A stretch of 62,579 bases of DNA, counting the filler, from Globobulimina sp. (Eukaryota): NCBI GenBank assembly GCA_003354225.1. It is 32 parts of 32 records of this genome, joined end to end, with 100 filler letters (N's around TTAATTAATTAA, not from the genome) between each part and the next. Parts side by side here need not be neighbours in the genome. Positions count along the whole stretch, not along the records: positions 23,521 to 25,379 come from PIVH01011157.1; positions 25,480 to 27,338 come from PIVH01011158.1; positions 27,439 to 29,297 come from PIVH01011159.1; positions 29,398 to 31,256 come from PIVH01011160.1; positions 31,357 to 33,215 come from PIVH01011161.1; positions 33,316 to 35,174 come from PIVH01011162.1; 26 more parts are not named here. One strand, given 5' to 3'. Below, in pieces: positions 23,521 through 35,274 of this stretch. Position numbers and translations under genes: made by a program. The notes beneath the pieces are model-generated. The model was given only the letters and a program-made list of their open reading frames with translations, did not search any database and was not told the origin of the DNA. The stretch's first letter is position 1. Every line of letters starts with the position of its first letter.

Positions 23521-25379
23521 AAAACAAGCAAGGCGGGCAACACAAAAGCAACTCACCAAACACTAATGCCAATACACAACAAAATGGTTCCTCTGCCACG
23601 CCCACATCAAACAAGAGTCGTCCTCCACAGCCTCGAACCCCCGGCATGGCCCTCAAAGACAAAGGCAATGTGGAGTTTGGCAATGGGAATTTTAAACGAG
23701 CCATTGAACTGTACACAAAAGCCATCGATTTAGAATCTGATAATCACACTTTTTATTCAAACCGTTCTGCCGCGTACCTGAAATCTCATAAATATGAGTT
23801 AGCATTGCAAGACGCAAACAGATGCATCCAAATACAGCCAGATTGGGCCAAAGGCTATGTTCGAAAAGGCACCGTTTACAGCGCACAAAACAAACTGTTG
23901 CAGGCTGAGCAAGTCTACAAACACGGCCTTAAATTATGCGACGAAAAGGAACCAATCCGAGTTACATATTTTTATCCTTACACTCGACGCTAAAAAACAT
24001 CGCAATATCGCATAATCGCAAAATTGCATTTACTTTTTTTTTTACACAGAAAGCTTTTTCGACTCTAGAAACTGCGAAAATTAACAAAATGGAGAAGAAT
24101 GACAAGATCGTAGGTGGTCATCACGCGCAAGCTGATAAATTCCGAACGTTGATCAACTGGCTCATTCAGGGCGGCGCCAAATTCCCTAAACTGTTTTTGA
24201 AATTTTATTCGCCAGAATACCGAGCCATCCATGCCATGAATCACATTGTGAAGGACGAGGATATTTGCTACATTCCGCACGATTATATTATGACATCGGA
24301 TGTGGCCAAAGCCAGCGAGATTGGACAGCAAATTATATCGTCCAAAGTAGATTTACGCAGCAAACACTCGTATTTGGCCTCCTATTTATTGCAAGAACGC
24401 GAACTCGGCGCCAAGTCCAAATGGCACGTTTATATCTCGATATTGCCGCGCAAATTCGAGACCATTCCGCTCTTTTTCACTGAGATCCAACGGCAAGAAT
24501 TAAAGGGAAGCATTAGCTTAAAAAAAATCGACGATCGTTTGGAGAGTCTGCGCTTAGAATATGAGAGTTTGTGCGGTGCGGTGTGCACTTTTAATCGTTT
24601 TTCGTTGCAAGATTTTATTTGGGCGCGTTTGGTGGTAATTACGCGCATATTTGGTTTAGTTATCGACGATGTGAAAACTGATGGTTTGGTGCCTATGGCG
24701 GATATGTTGAATCACCGTCGTCCGCGCGAGACCAAATGGACGTATTCGCAGAAAAAGCGGGGATTCCTCATCACTGCGTTGCAAAATATTGGAGAGAATG
24801 CGGAGATCTTTGACTCGTATGGCCGTAAATGTAACAGTCGTTTTTTTGTCAATTATGGCTTTAGTTTGGAATTTAATTTGGATAACGAAGCTTTAATGAC
24901 CTTTGAATTGCCGCGGAACGATCCACAGTATGCCATTAAAGCGCGTCATTTGGGCTTTAATAACCATTCGATGGATAGCAACGAGAATAATTTCGTCAAG
25001 AAAGACTTTCAAATTCCAAAGGCCTACAAAGAGAAGAAAGTGAAGGAAGCGTTTAGTTTTTTGCGTGTGTTACATGCGCAGGGCAATGAATTTTTGATTA
25101 TATCCTCTGCGGACGGCTTGCGGTTAGAAGACATCCCACCGCTTTCCATTCGAAATGAAACCAATGTGATGACTTCGTTGGCGGTGTCTGCCACCAAATC
25201 ACTTAAGAAATTCCACACTACGCTCGAATTTGATAATGGATTGTTGGCGGATTTGGAGGCGTTCCCAATGTATTCCAATAAAAGGAATGCTATCTTGATG
25301 AGGCGAGGCGAGAAAGAAGTACTTACGTTTTATATTAATTTGATGAAGATTTGTATACAATTATTTAAGATGAAATTTA
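23521..25379 (+). CDS. TPR plus SETD3/Rubisco-LSMT-type lysine/histidine methyltransferase (intron 23961-24049), partial
   Basis: STI1-type TPR (LKDKGN...YSNRSAAY...PDWAKGY) is spliced in frame to a SET domain (LVPMADMLNH, DSYGRKCNSRFFVNYGF). Confidence 0.9.
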
Positions 25380-25683
25380 NNNNNNNNNNNNNNNNNNNNN
25401 NNNNNNNNNNNNNNNNNNNNNNNTTAATTAATTAANNNNNNNNNNNNNNNNNNNNNNNNNNNNNNNNNNNNNNNNNNNNCGACCAGGACGGGGTCCGAGG
25501 GGCTATCTTTTGGAATATATATATCGTTAACTTTGTCTTCGGTTTGCAAATCCAGAACAAAGTCAGAACAAATTTATAATTGAATTTTCGGCATACAAAG
25601 GGGAGGGGTGTTATCTTTTGGAAGATCTTGTTAATACGTACTTCGTAAATGCGAACCTTAAAAACGTTTTCATTAATTTTATC

Positions 25684-27114
25684 ATGGCACCCTGGCCATA
25701 CCTTTCATCATTGCTTGCATTAGCTTTAATAATTTATATGACCAACTGTGAAACAATCAGTTGTAATGGAGACTGTAACTGTCCCGCCATACCACCAACG
25801 CCAGGCGAAACGTGCATATTAAAGTATGTCATGCCATGTGTTAATATTTATCATATTGTATTATTGTTACAATATAATTACAAATATTTTAGTTGTGGCA
25901 CAGTTGATAGCTGCAAATCAAAAACGTTACATTGTAGAGCTGGCGATGCGTGCATTATACAATGCATTGATAATACAGCATGTGCAGACTACACACAAAT
26001 CAATGCCAACACAGCAACAGATGTATTAGTTGTTTGTGACGGAATTGATGCCTGTAAAGTTGGTATAAATATAAAATGTGGAACTGGTGATTGCAATTTA
26101 CAATGCAGCACCGGTACAAGTTGTGAAGATTTTGGAACTGTTACTACCTCTCAATCTTCTTCATTTACCTGCACAAATTGTCCAAACGGCATTGATACTC
26201 TTCAATTTACTTCCAATCCAACCATACCTCCAACATATAATCCAATAACTAGTTCACCAACAATTCAGCCAACAACCCATCCATACACAAATCCAACCTT
26301 TTCCCCATCTGTTACGGAGATACATGAACCGACATATAATCCAAGTGTCCATACTGTAAATCCAAGTGTTAATCCAACCAATAATCCAATACCAAACCCA
26401 ACAATTATACCAACAAATATTCCCTCCATATCACCAACACTTTTACCTACAAATATTCCATCCCTATCGCCCACAATTTTACCTACATCATATCCAACAA
26501 CATACCCAACAATACGTCCAACATATAACCCGAGTGAATCGCCCACAATTTTACCAACATTACATCCAACAACATATCCAACAACATATCCAACATATGA
26601 TCCAACGTTCAATCCAACATACAATCGAAGATTTAATCCAACATTTAATCCAACATATAATCTGACATTTAATTATAAGTACACGTCGACGTCAACGTAT
26701 ATTCCGACAAAGGAACCAACGGATGAGCCAACAATTAAATATGTCATTGGAGGAGATATTGACATCGACAATGTAATGAATACGAATGGTACAATTGTAT
26801 TAAATGGTATTATTATACTTTTGGTGATACTTATTGTGATATGTTGTTGTATATTAATTTGTTATTATGGAGTATCCAGGAAACACATTAAACGCAAACA
26901 AAAAGAGGACATACAACCTGTTGAGGTTATGAGATTGCACAAAGAGTTAAACAATGAGTGCTATATAGCTAACATACACAATTCATTTGATGAAGGAAAT
27001 AATTTACACGAAATCAAGTATAATGAGATTGAAATCGAGCAGGATGTGTATAATAATAAAGAGGATTTTTCAATGAGTGCCATACAATTTGAAGGATTTA
27101 CAATGCGAAATTAG
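25684..27114 (+). CDS. Type I membrane protein with Cys-rich domain and PTxxPT stalk (in-frame intron 25824-25892)
   Basis: Signal peptide, Cys-rich repeats, a long PTYNPT/PTTYPT tract, a TM helix with Cys, and a cytoplasmic tail. Confidence 0.85.
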   Translation: MAPWPYLSSLLALALIIYMTNCETISCNGDCNCPAIPPTPGETCILKYVMPCVNIYHIVLLLQYNYKYFSCGTVDSCKSKTLHCRAGDACIIQCIDNTACADYTQINANTATDVLVVCDGIDACKVGINIKCGTGDCNLQCSTGTSCEDFGTVTTSQSSSFTCTNCPNGIDTLQFTSNPTIPPTYNPITSSPTIQPTTHPYTNPTFSPSVTEIHEPTYNPSVHTVNPSVNPTNNPIPNPTIIPTNIPSISPTLLPTNIPSLSPTILPTSYPTTYPTIRPTYNPSESPTILPTLHPTTYPTTYPTYDPTFNPTYNRRFNPTFNPTYNLTFNYKYTSTSTYIPTKEPTDEPTIKYVIGGDIDIDNVMNTNGTIVLNGIIILLVILIVICCCILICYYGVSRKHIKRKQKEDIQPVEVMRLHKELNNECYIANIHNSFDEGNNLHEIKYNEIEIEQDVYNNKEDFSMSAIQFEGFTMRN

Positions 27115-27586
27115 AAATGTTTCATAGACAGAAACGATTGCATCATGTTTAAGATCTTACCTGTGCTAAACGTTAATTCTGATTGTACGAATGTACGTAA
27201 TTTGTTATGTTTCTTTCCAACCTTTAATTTTACTCATTTTTTTTCCTTTCACTTTATTTGTATTTTTAATTTGTGTTTTGTATTTAAATTAAATTTTAAT
27301 TATTTTTCATAATTTGTTTGTTTGCTGTTTTTGCATCTNNNNNNNNNNNNNNNNNNNNNNNNNNNNNNNNNNNNNNNNNNNNTTAATTAATTAANNNNNN
27401 NNNNNNNNNNNNNNNNNNNNNNNNNNNNNNNNNNNNNNTACTACATACTACACCACGACTTCGCAGGACTGACACTGTTGTTGAAGTCTTGCTATATGAT
27501 TCATTTTGATTTGTCGTAAGTGCTTTAATCGAATGTGTGGATTCTGACATTATTTCAGAAAAAAATGTTTTTCGTTTGTTGATTTA

Positions 27587-28630
27587 ATGTCTTCATTTTC
27601 TGAACGCGCTGCTGGTCTGTTGGTGGGATTAGCAGCTGGCGATAAAAACGGAGGTCCGCAAAGGTTAGCATTACTTCTAACATATTCAGTATTTACTAAA
27701 CAAACATTTGATATATACCATATCTGGAATTCATATGCGAACTGGTATGAAAAAGGTGGATTCGATACTGGTGCTACATTTGTATCAGTTTATAAAAACT
27801 TCAAAAGAAACAATAAATTAACACCAAGACAAGTATCACAAGCATTGTATGATGCTGCTATTAAAAATAATCAATTACCATCAGTTGGTATTGGCAGTGC
27901 GCACAGAGCCGCGGTATTATCAATGTTTCCATTCTTTGTGGCTCCATTCCAAATGGAAAAAGCTAACAGACACAAAAAGTCCGACACTGAACTGAAAGAA
28001 GCGAGAGAAGAAAAGAAAAACACTGCAGACCATAATGAGATTAATGACAAATTGAATAAAATTAAGTCACTCGAATTAGAGCATATTGTATTTGAGGAAT
28101 CTTGTTTAACTCATTACGCTCCGTTATCTCGTAACTGCTCAATGGCTGTAAACTATTTATGTCGAGCATTAATACTCGGATATTCTTGGAGTGAATCATT
28201 AAAAATATGTTATAAATACATCGGAGATGATGTCATAAAAAGAATATTGAAGATATTTATCGACAATAAAGGTGAAATAAATGAGAATAATTATACATTA
28301 ATATTGGAAATGGGTGGTTATGCATCGCAAGTATTGAAGGCTGCGTTGTATTTTTTGAACGAATATAAGACATTTGATGCCTGTTTAAGTGCATCAATTA
28401 ACTTTGCAGGCAGTGGCAATTATTGTCCTGTTTTAGTTGGATCCATTGCCGGTACAATGTATGGTATTGAGGCAGTAACCAATTCCATACATTTTAGACA
28501 CAAATTAAATTCTAGGTTAATTTCAAAGGATGCACTGTCTGTCAGCATTGACACAACAGATTGTAAACTAATGAAAATAAGTGATTTTGAAATACAACTT
28601 GCCAAACAAGTTGGTGCATTATGGCAGTGA
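27587..28630 (+). CDS. ADP-ribosylglycohydrolase family protein
   Basis: GLLVGLAAGD, GFDTGAT, GIGSAHRA, LTH, CPVLVGSIAGTMYG. Confidence 0.85.
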   Translation: MSSFSERAAGLLVGLAAGDKNGGPQRLALLLTYSVFTKQTFDIYHIWNSYANWYEKGGFDTGATFVSVYKNFKRNNKLTPRQVSQALYDAAIKNNQLPSVGIGSAHRAAVLSMFPFFVAPFQMEKANRHKKSDTELKEAREEKKNTADHNEINDKLNKIKSLELEHIVFEESCLTHYAPLSRNCSMAVNYLCRALILGYSWSESLKICYKYIGDDVIKRILKIFIDNKGEINENNYTLILEMGGYASQVLKAALYFLNEYKTFDACLSASINFAGSGNYCPVLVGSIAGTMYGIEAVTNSIHFRHKLNSRLISKDALSVSIDTTDCKLMKISDFEIQLAKQVGALWQ

Positions 28631-28681
28631 GGATAAAAGTTTCCTTTGTGACTGAAAGTTTTGTTAATGGTTCTTTGCAAT

Positions 28682-29297
28682 ATGCATGTCCTCAACACCA
28701 CAAACGCGCACAAAATAATAACCATCAATTTCTTTGATGAAAAGGACAACTCACTAAATATGTCACAGTGCTTCAGCACAGCAAGTTTATTGTCACCATT
28801 ATTTGATCATATTTCATTATTTCATCCGCAGCCAGATTGCAAACACACCGATTTCATTATTAAACCCCGATTAAGCATTGACAACCACCATCCCGGCTGG
28901 CAAAGTAATACAAACATGAACATACAGCAAGTAATGCAGTCCTTACATTATCCACAAATATTTCATCTGCCTTCCTTTGATTTTACTGTCTCACTCAAAA
29001 ACAAACCACAAAACAACCAAACAATATTGGATAATAATTTTCTGTCATCAGATGACGACAACCAAACTGTATACACAGTTAATACACATATCAACAGTAA
29101 TTTCAATGATAATAATAACAACAATAATATGCTACCAACCATAACATCATTGGATATGAATAATAATAATAATAATATGCCACCAATCATCGCATCTCTA
29201 TTAAATATGAATACTAATGACATGCCACCAACCATCACATCATTGAATAATAATAATATGCCACCAACCATAGCATCATTGCATATTAATAGTAATA
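28682..29297 (+). CDS. Hypothetical Asn-rich protein with NNNMPPTITSL repeats (partial)
   Basis: Open frame with 4 imperfect repeats at about 29110-29290. Confidence 0.45.
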
Positions 29298-29500
29298 NNN
29301 NNNNNNNNNNNNNNNNNNNNNNNNNNNNNNNNNNNNNNNNNTTAATTAATTAANNNNNNNNNNNNNNNNNNNNNNNNNNNNNNNNNNNNNNNNNNNNAAT
29401 TTAGGTCACTAATTTTGTATTCATCTTTGGTTTACGAATCCGTTGAGAATACGGATAAAAACAAATGTTGTTCACTTACTCGAGTCGTGTTTGTTGAAGG

Positions 29501-31256
29501 ATGTCCACTTGTTTTTCCCTTTTCAGTTTTTGGTTGGTGTTTACGATATTAATAACCACCCAGTTTGATTGTGTATTTTCATCAGAGTCAGAGTGTAGAT
29601 CTCTCAATTTAAGCAATAATGAATGTGAAAAAGAATGTGCTTATTATACTGACATTAATTTATATTATAATTATCTTCAAAATGAATATAGAAATATGAG
29701 TGATATGATATCGGGAACAAACATATCAATCGACGATGTGAATGGAACATTATTAAATTGGACATTGCGATGGTTTTCATTGAGGTATCAATACATTAAT
29801 TAATTCGCTTGTGAGCACCAATTAATATTCCATAAAAATGCATGAATTTTGTTTGCCTGTGTTGCTATTTACAGTTCTTTCCCGCGTGAATTTTATCCAA
29901 ACGTCCAACCGGATTTATGTCAATATTCGTTCGGAACATATTGTAATATACAAAGTGGAATTTATGATATAATTCATGGATGCTGCATTCCTGGCAATTG
30001 TAAGGGTGATGACGCTCAAAAAGTATTAAAATTAAATATTCCATGTTTTCAAACTTATAATATATCCGTTGGAGGGATTGATGATAACAGCATTATATGT
30101 AAACGAAAAGAAAGAGAATTTAGTGTCGGATCAATCATTTTTACAGTTTTATTATCTCTGTTTTTCTTATTTATCATTATTTGCACCATCAAACATAACA
30201 AGAATAACACCGCAAATTATACGGATAACATATTGATTGAATCATTTTGTATTCAAAATAATTGGAAATCCTTCATTCAAACCAGAAATATATCCCAATC
30301 ACAATTTAATTTCTGTGATGGATTTCGAGTGATTTGCGCATATTGGATTGTTTTATGGCATTTAAAATATCATTATTCCCGTCATAATGCAATAAATACA
30401 GAGACGACATGGCCGGAACCGGCCGCAGTACCAAATGATCCGAATTATATTTTTTCACAGAAATGGTCAGAGCAACACAATTTTTTGTATCAAAATATAT
30501 TATGGATTATATTGGACAGTGCGTGCACGATGAATGTATTCTTTTTTCTTTCTGGATTTTTTGCAACATATTCAATGATTAAAATATTAAGAATTGCAAA
30601 CTGGCAAAGAAGTCGAACTCTACACAAATATCATTATTTGGGACAAGCTCTATTATTGATTTTAAAACGATATTTACGGTTAATTCCTGTGGTGTTGTTT
30701 GTATTTTTGTGTAATGTGTATTTTGATGACTTCATTATATCCTCATATCAACCACGAGATGGTCTATCCGATGAATGTAAAGAAACATGGTTTGGACTCC
30801 TCTTTTTTTTTAATAATATCCGTCAACTTATGCAATATGTGGGAGATGAAGCAATCAGCCCAAGGTGCATTGGTCCAATCTGGTATGTTTATTGTGACAT
30901 GCAATTGTATTTATTGTTACCTTTGATTTGTTTTTTGTACGTTGATTGCGATAAAAAACGTAAATATTATGCATTTGTCGCATGCTCATTATTGATTATT
31001 ATCGGAGTTATTATCCGTTTATATTTCGCAATTTATTATCATTTTTTTGAACATCCATTCATATTTGATGTGCATGTGTTGCATGGATCAAATCCTGATT
31101 TATATTCCTACCAAATGCCATATTGTTGGTTCATATCTTATTATATGGCTGTTTTGATGATGTTATTGTACGATGAATATATATCGATGTCAAAATGGAA
31201 GGATTTTGTGCTAAGAATAGATTTTTATTGCATGTTTCAAGCAATATCATTCGTAT
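29501..31256 (+). CDS. NRF-6/OACYL-like membrane O-acyltransferase (intron 29785-29874), partial
   Basis: Signal peptide, a Cys-rich NRF-like region, and DGFRVI...WIVLWH, FFFLSGF, RYLRLIP, WYVYCDMQLY. Confidence 0.88.
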
Positions 31257-31356
31257 NNNNNNNNNNNNNNNNNNNNNNNNNNNNNNNNNNNNNNNNNNNN
31301 TTAATTAATTAANNNNNNNNNNNNNNNNNNNNNNNNNNNNNNNNNNNNNNNNNNNN

Positions 31357-31862
31357 ATGCGTTGTGGTATATGATGAATTTGTGTATGCGTTGGAACAGA
31401 AACAGGAACAGAAACAGGCACTATTTGGTTATGTTGTAATTGTTGTCGAAGTTTAAATTGATTCACTTTATTTTGATAATGCTGGCTCGCAGAGTCAAAA
31501 TCGTGTAATAATTGGTTTGCGATTTGTAATGTATATTGATTATAAAATTGTGTATTTGAACATGTTTGTTGTAATTGATTGCGTACTTTGATTAATAATA
31601 AGCGTATGGAATGTAATGAATTTGTGGATAAATGTTGCCAGGTTTTGTCAGCACCGGAGACCCAATTTATAAATACATTCTTATCTACATTTAATTCGGA
31701 GGACAGTTGATCGATTTGAAATAGATTTGACTTCACTACTTTTTCACATAATTCGCGACACATTTTTAATTCTTCTATTTCCACTTCGTTAAACATTACA
31801 TAATTCGTCGGTTGCTGGTTTAACGGCGTTGTGTTTATGATGAATTGTTGGTTATTATTCAT
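31357..31862 (-). CDS. Hypothetical Gln/Asn-rich protein with possible HTH (partial)
   Basis: QIDQLSSELNVDKNVFINWVSG resembles a Cro/C1-type HTH. Confidence 0.45.
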
Positions 31863-31937
31863 GGTCAGAAGCCTAGTTAATAAACCAACTCAAGAAACCA
31901 CTTGAAAACTGTTCGTGTCTAGTGACTGTCTACCAAT

Positions 31938-33030
31938 ATGCTAGCATCGCTGGTCAAACATTCAATTCACAGCGTTTCACATTTCCGTATCTCGTCCATA
32001 TCAGCGAGACATTTTGCATCTGTCACCAAATGCGATGCACTTGTGTTAGGCTGCGGCATTGGTGGTGCATCGATAGCGTACCGCTTGGCTAAATTGCACA
32101 ATTTAAATGTGATTTGTTTAGGTATGCAATATGATGCAAATTGAAAACAGAGTTTATTTTTGAGATAGCATTGTTTGATAACACTTAGAGAAAGAATCAA
32201 GTCCCGGATACCATGCAACAGGAAAAGCATTTGGTCTTTTTGCAGAATCAAATGCGCGATGTGTTCAAAGTAAATTATTAACCGCAGCATCACGATCATT
32301 TTTTGAATCTCCAGATGAAGAATGTGTTGATGATTACATCCGTCACAATTTTGAACAAAGTATACTTCACAAAACAGGATTGTTAGCAGTCTCATCGGCT
32401 TACGATTATCCTTTCTTATATCAACAGTTTGGCCCCTTAGAAAACACGAAATTTAATCAAAATATCCAAGTCAAACCAAAATCTGATGTCACAAATATGG
32501 TTCCATTTTTAAATAAAGAAGAGCTTGCTCCGTACGCTATTTACGAACCAAATGCAGGAAATTTCAACATTGGGTATGTGTAAACACATACATATATCAT
32601 ATATAATACACATATTATCTGCATATATTTAGCTTAGTTTATGAACATTTTCTTGTGGGCGGTAACAGTGTCGGTGTGAAATATTATTTCAATCAAAGTG
32701 CGGTAGAAATGACGAAAAACCATGACGGAAACTGGGATGTTTCGAGTTATAACGCAGACAAAAACTGCATCGACAGATATGAGGCTGGAATATTGGTGAA
32801 TTGTACGGGTGAATGGTGCGATAAAACTGCAAAAAAGGCAGGAATAAAACCTCTGGGCTTGGTATGCGAGAAAAGAAACGTAATCGTATTTACATACACC
32901 ACTGCTGCGGAGCAAGAAAAAGAAGCGCAAACCTTCTCGCCTTTTAATTATGTGATGGAGCATAAGAATGAGCGATCGGAGGAGGTACAGACGCCGTGGG
33001 TAGGGTGGATTTCGTGGGGCGAAGTCTTTC
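31938..33030 (+). CDS. FAD-dependent oxidoreductase (DAO/DauA-like) with mitochondrial-type presequence; introns 32122-32188 and 32574-32632; 3' end uncertain
   Basis: LVLGCGIGGASIAY, EKESSPGYHATG, LTAASRSFF and LVNCTGEWCD..A..AGIKPLGL are present. Both introns restore the frame. Confidence 0.85.
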
Positions 33031-33336
33031 ATAGCAGTTTCAAGGGAGGCAATGGTGTGTTTTTGTATGACCAGGCCATAAACTTTGATATGGAAACGCT
33101 ACCTGTCACTCTTAATATGTACCCCAAATTAATCACACAAATTTCACAACTACTTCAGTCAAGTGAGGAAACCTATGAATTTCAATAACGAATTATCCGG
33201 GGATAAAAAACCGGCNNNNNNNNNNNNNNNNNNNNNNNNNNNNNNNNNNNNNNNNNNNNTTAATTAATTAANNNNNNNNNNNNNNNNNNNNNNNNNNNNN
33301 NNNNNNNNNNNNNNNAGGAGTGTTTAACAATTTAAA

Positions 33337-35174
33337 TTAAAACCATTTAGTATTATTAAACAATTGTTTTAAATGATTAATTATGACATTGGCATTTTTA
33401 ACACCAATATTTGTAGTCAATTTATTTTGCGTTCTATAATCTAAGTTAATAAATTCTTGCACTAAATCATGATCAATAATATTTTTTGACGTTAAGGTTG
33501 ATGATCGATCACATCCATGAATAGCATTTAATTGGTTATGATTGTACATAACATGTGATTTCCTTCCAGAATTATCTTTATTTGTCATGCAATTATTCAT
33601 ACAATACCTATATTCCCGTGGGTTTAATCCACAATTATGTTTACAGTAAAATATCATTTGTGAATGCAATGACGACAATCTGCGATAGATTTGTTCATTA
33701 ATTGGTATCAAATAACTTATACTTCCATCGCTGCACACATTTAAATTGAAATAATTCCGTCCATCCACAAACTTCATAATAATCGAGTCGCTGATATTTG
33801 TTCCAATGTGAAATAAACATTTTGTATATAACTTCTCTTTATCCATTTTACTCAAAAACCCAAATCGCGCAAATAAATGCGGTTGATATGAGATTAAATG
33901 TAAATTTTGATTCATATCAGATACTACAAATTCAAATTCATTTTTATTTTCACTCTCTTTATTTTGTGTATGTGTTATCCTCCAATTTACAGAATATATC
34001 GATCTATATTGTACATCCCGCGCTAACTTGACAATACTCGCAATATCTTGCTCCCAATGATATAAATCTAAGCCTTGGAATAAATCCGCAGTCAATACAA
34101 AATTCTTCAACACCAATATGTTATGACAATGTATTCGAGTGTCTAGAAAAGCGCAGCCAATTAATTGTGTTCCATCCCATCGAAATAGCAATAACTTTGG
34201 CCCAATGGCAGCCACAATCAGTCCATTCACGCAGTTAAGTGCAGTCACTGCAGCTCTCTCCCTGCGAGCAAATACATAATGTATCCTATAACGAACATTA
34301 TTGATCTTATCCTGTTGCATACACTTCTTATAATACGACAGTTCGCGTTTATAATATTCTCGATCCACAGCCGACGAGTTATGCTCGTAAATATAACTAA
34401 TATTCTCATTTTCTAATGAGAGCTCATGAATAGATTCATCCAATAAATTATCATCCGAGTTATGCTTAGTTTGAATATAAAATCTCTCGTTTGCTTTCTC
34501 AATGTTTTGCGTCAATTTATTATTATCTTTTTCTGGGATAATCTCCAACATAACAATCCTTCCAATGGACGCACTGTCCTCTCCCTGATTGGTCCCAGTA
34601 CCTAACACCATCATATTCTTAGTCACCACTGTTTGTGAGCCAATTCGCGACGATTCCTGGATACACACTGATTTTGCACATAATATATGTTCAGAAATAG
34701 GTATGGAATTTTCGTCATTTTCGTTCAAGTGTTCGCCGCCAACTTCATTGGTCTGGTCATGGATTATAAAGCCACTTAAACGGTCATCATAGCGCCATTT
34801 ATATGGATTTAATAATCGACATTCAAAATAGGTTTCAATGGGGCGAATGTCGCGTGATTGCAACATCTCTGTGCCAGCAATATATTTATAGCGAGATAGA
34901 ATTAATAAATATGTGCCAGATTGGGGGTGTTTGATGATAAAATGTAAGGTCTCTGCCAATGGTATATGACATACCGGATATTCAAAATTATAATCAATCT
35001 CTATATATGGTAATAAATTGTTTAATCTTTGTTTCTGAGACACAAAAGAATGCCCAAATATCTCCATGGAAGTATCACCATTTTCATTTTCATCCTCTTC
35101 ATCTTCTTCTTTTTGTGTTTTTTCTTCTTCTTCTTCTTCAATGTCCTCTTCTTTTTTGTTTTCTTCTGCTTTAT
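33337..35174 (-). CDS. CPSF1: Cleavage and polyadenylation specificity factor subunit 1, C-terminal region
   Basis: GTGTNQGED...GRI, AAIGPKL, GCAFLD, KNFVLTAD, YRRL..L, CGLNPREYR. Confidence 0.9.
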
Positions 35175-35274
35175 NNNNNNNNNNNNNNNNNNNNNNNNNN
35201 NNNNNNNNNNNNNNNNNNTTAATTAATTAANNNNNNNNNNNNNNNNNNNNNNNNNNNNNNNNNNNNNNNNNNNN

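Noticed and set aside
26265..26665. Antisense VG-repeat ORF and alternative-frame Q/H-rich ORF
   Set aside because: They are shadows of the PTxxPT repeat. The same applies to most short antisense ORFs in the track.
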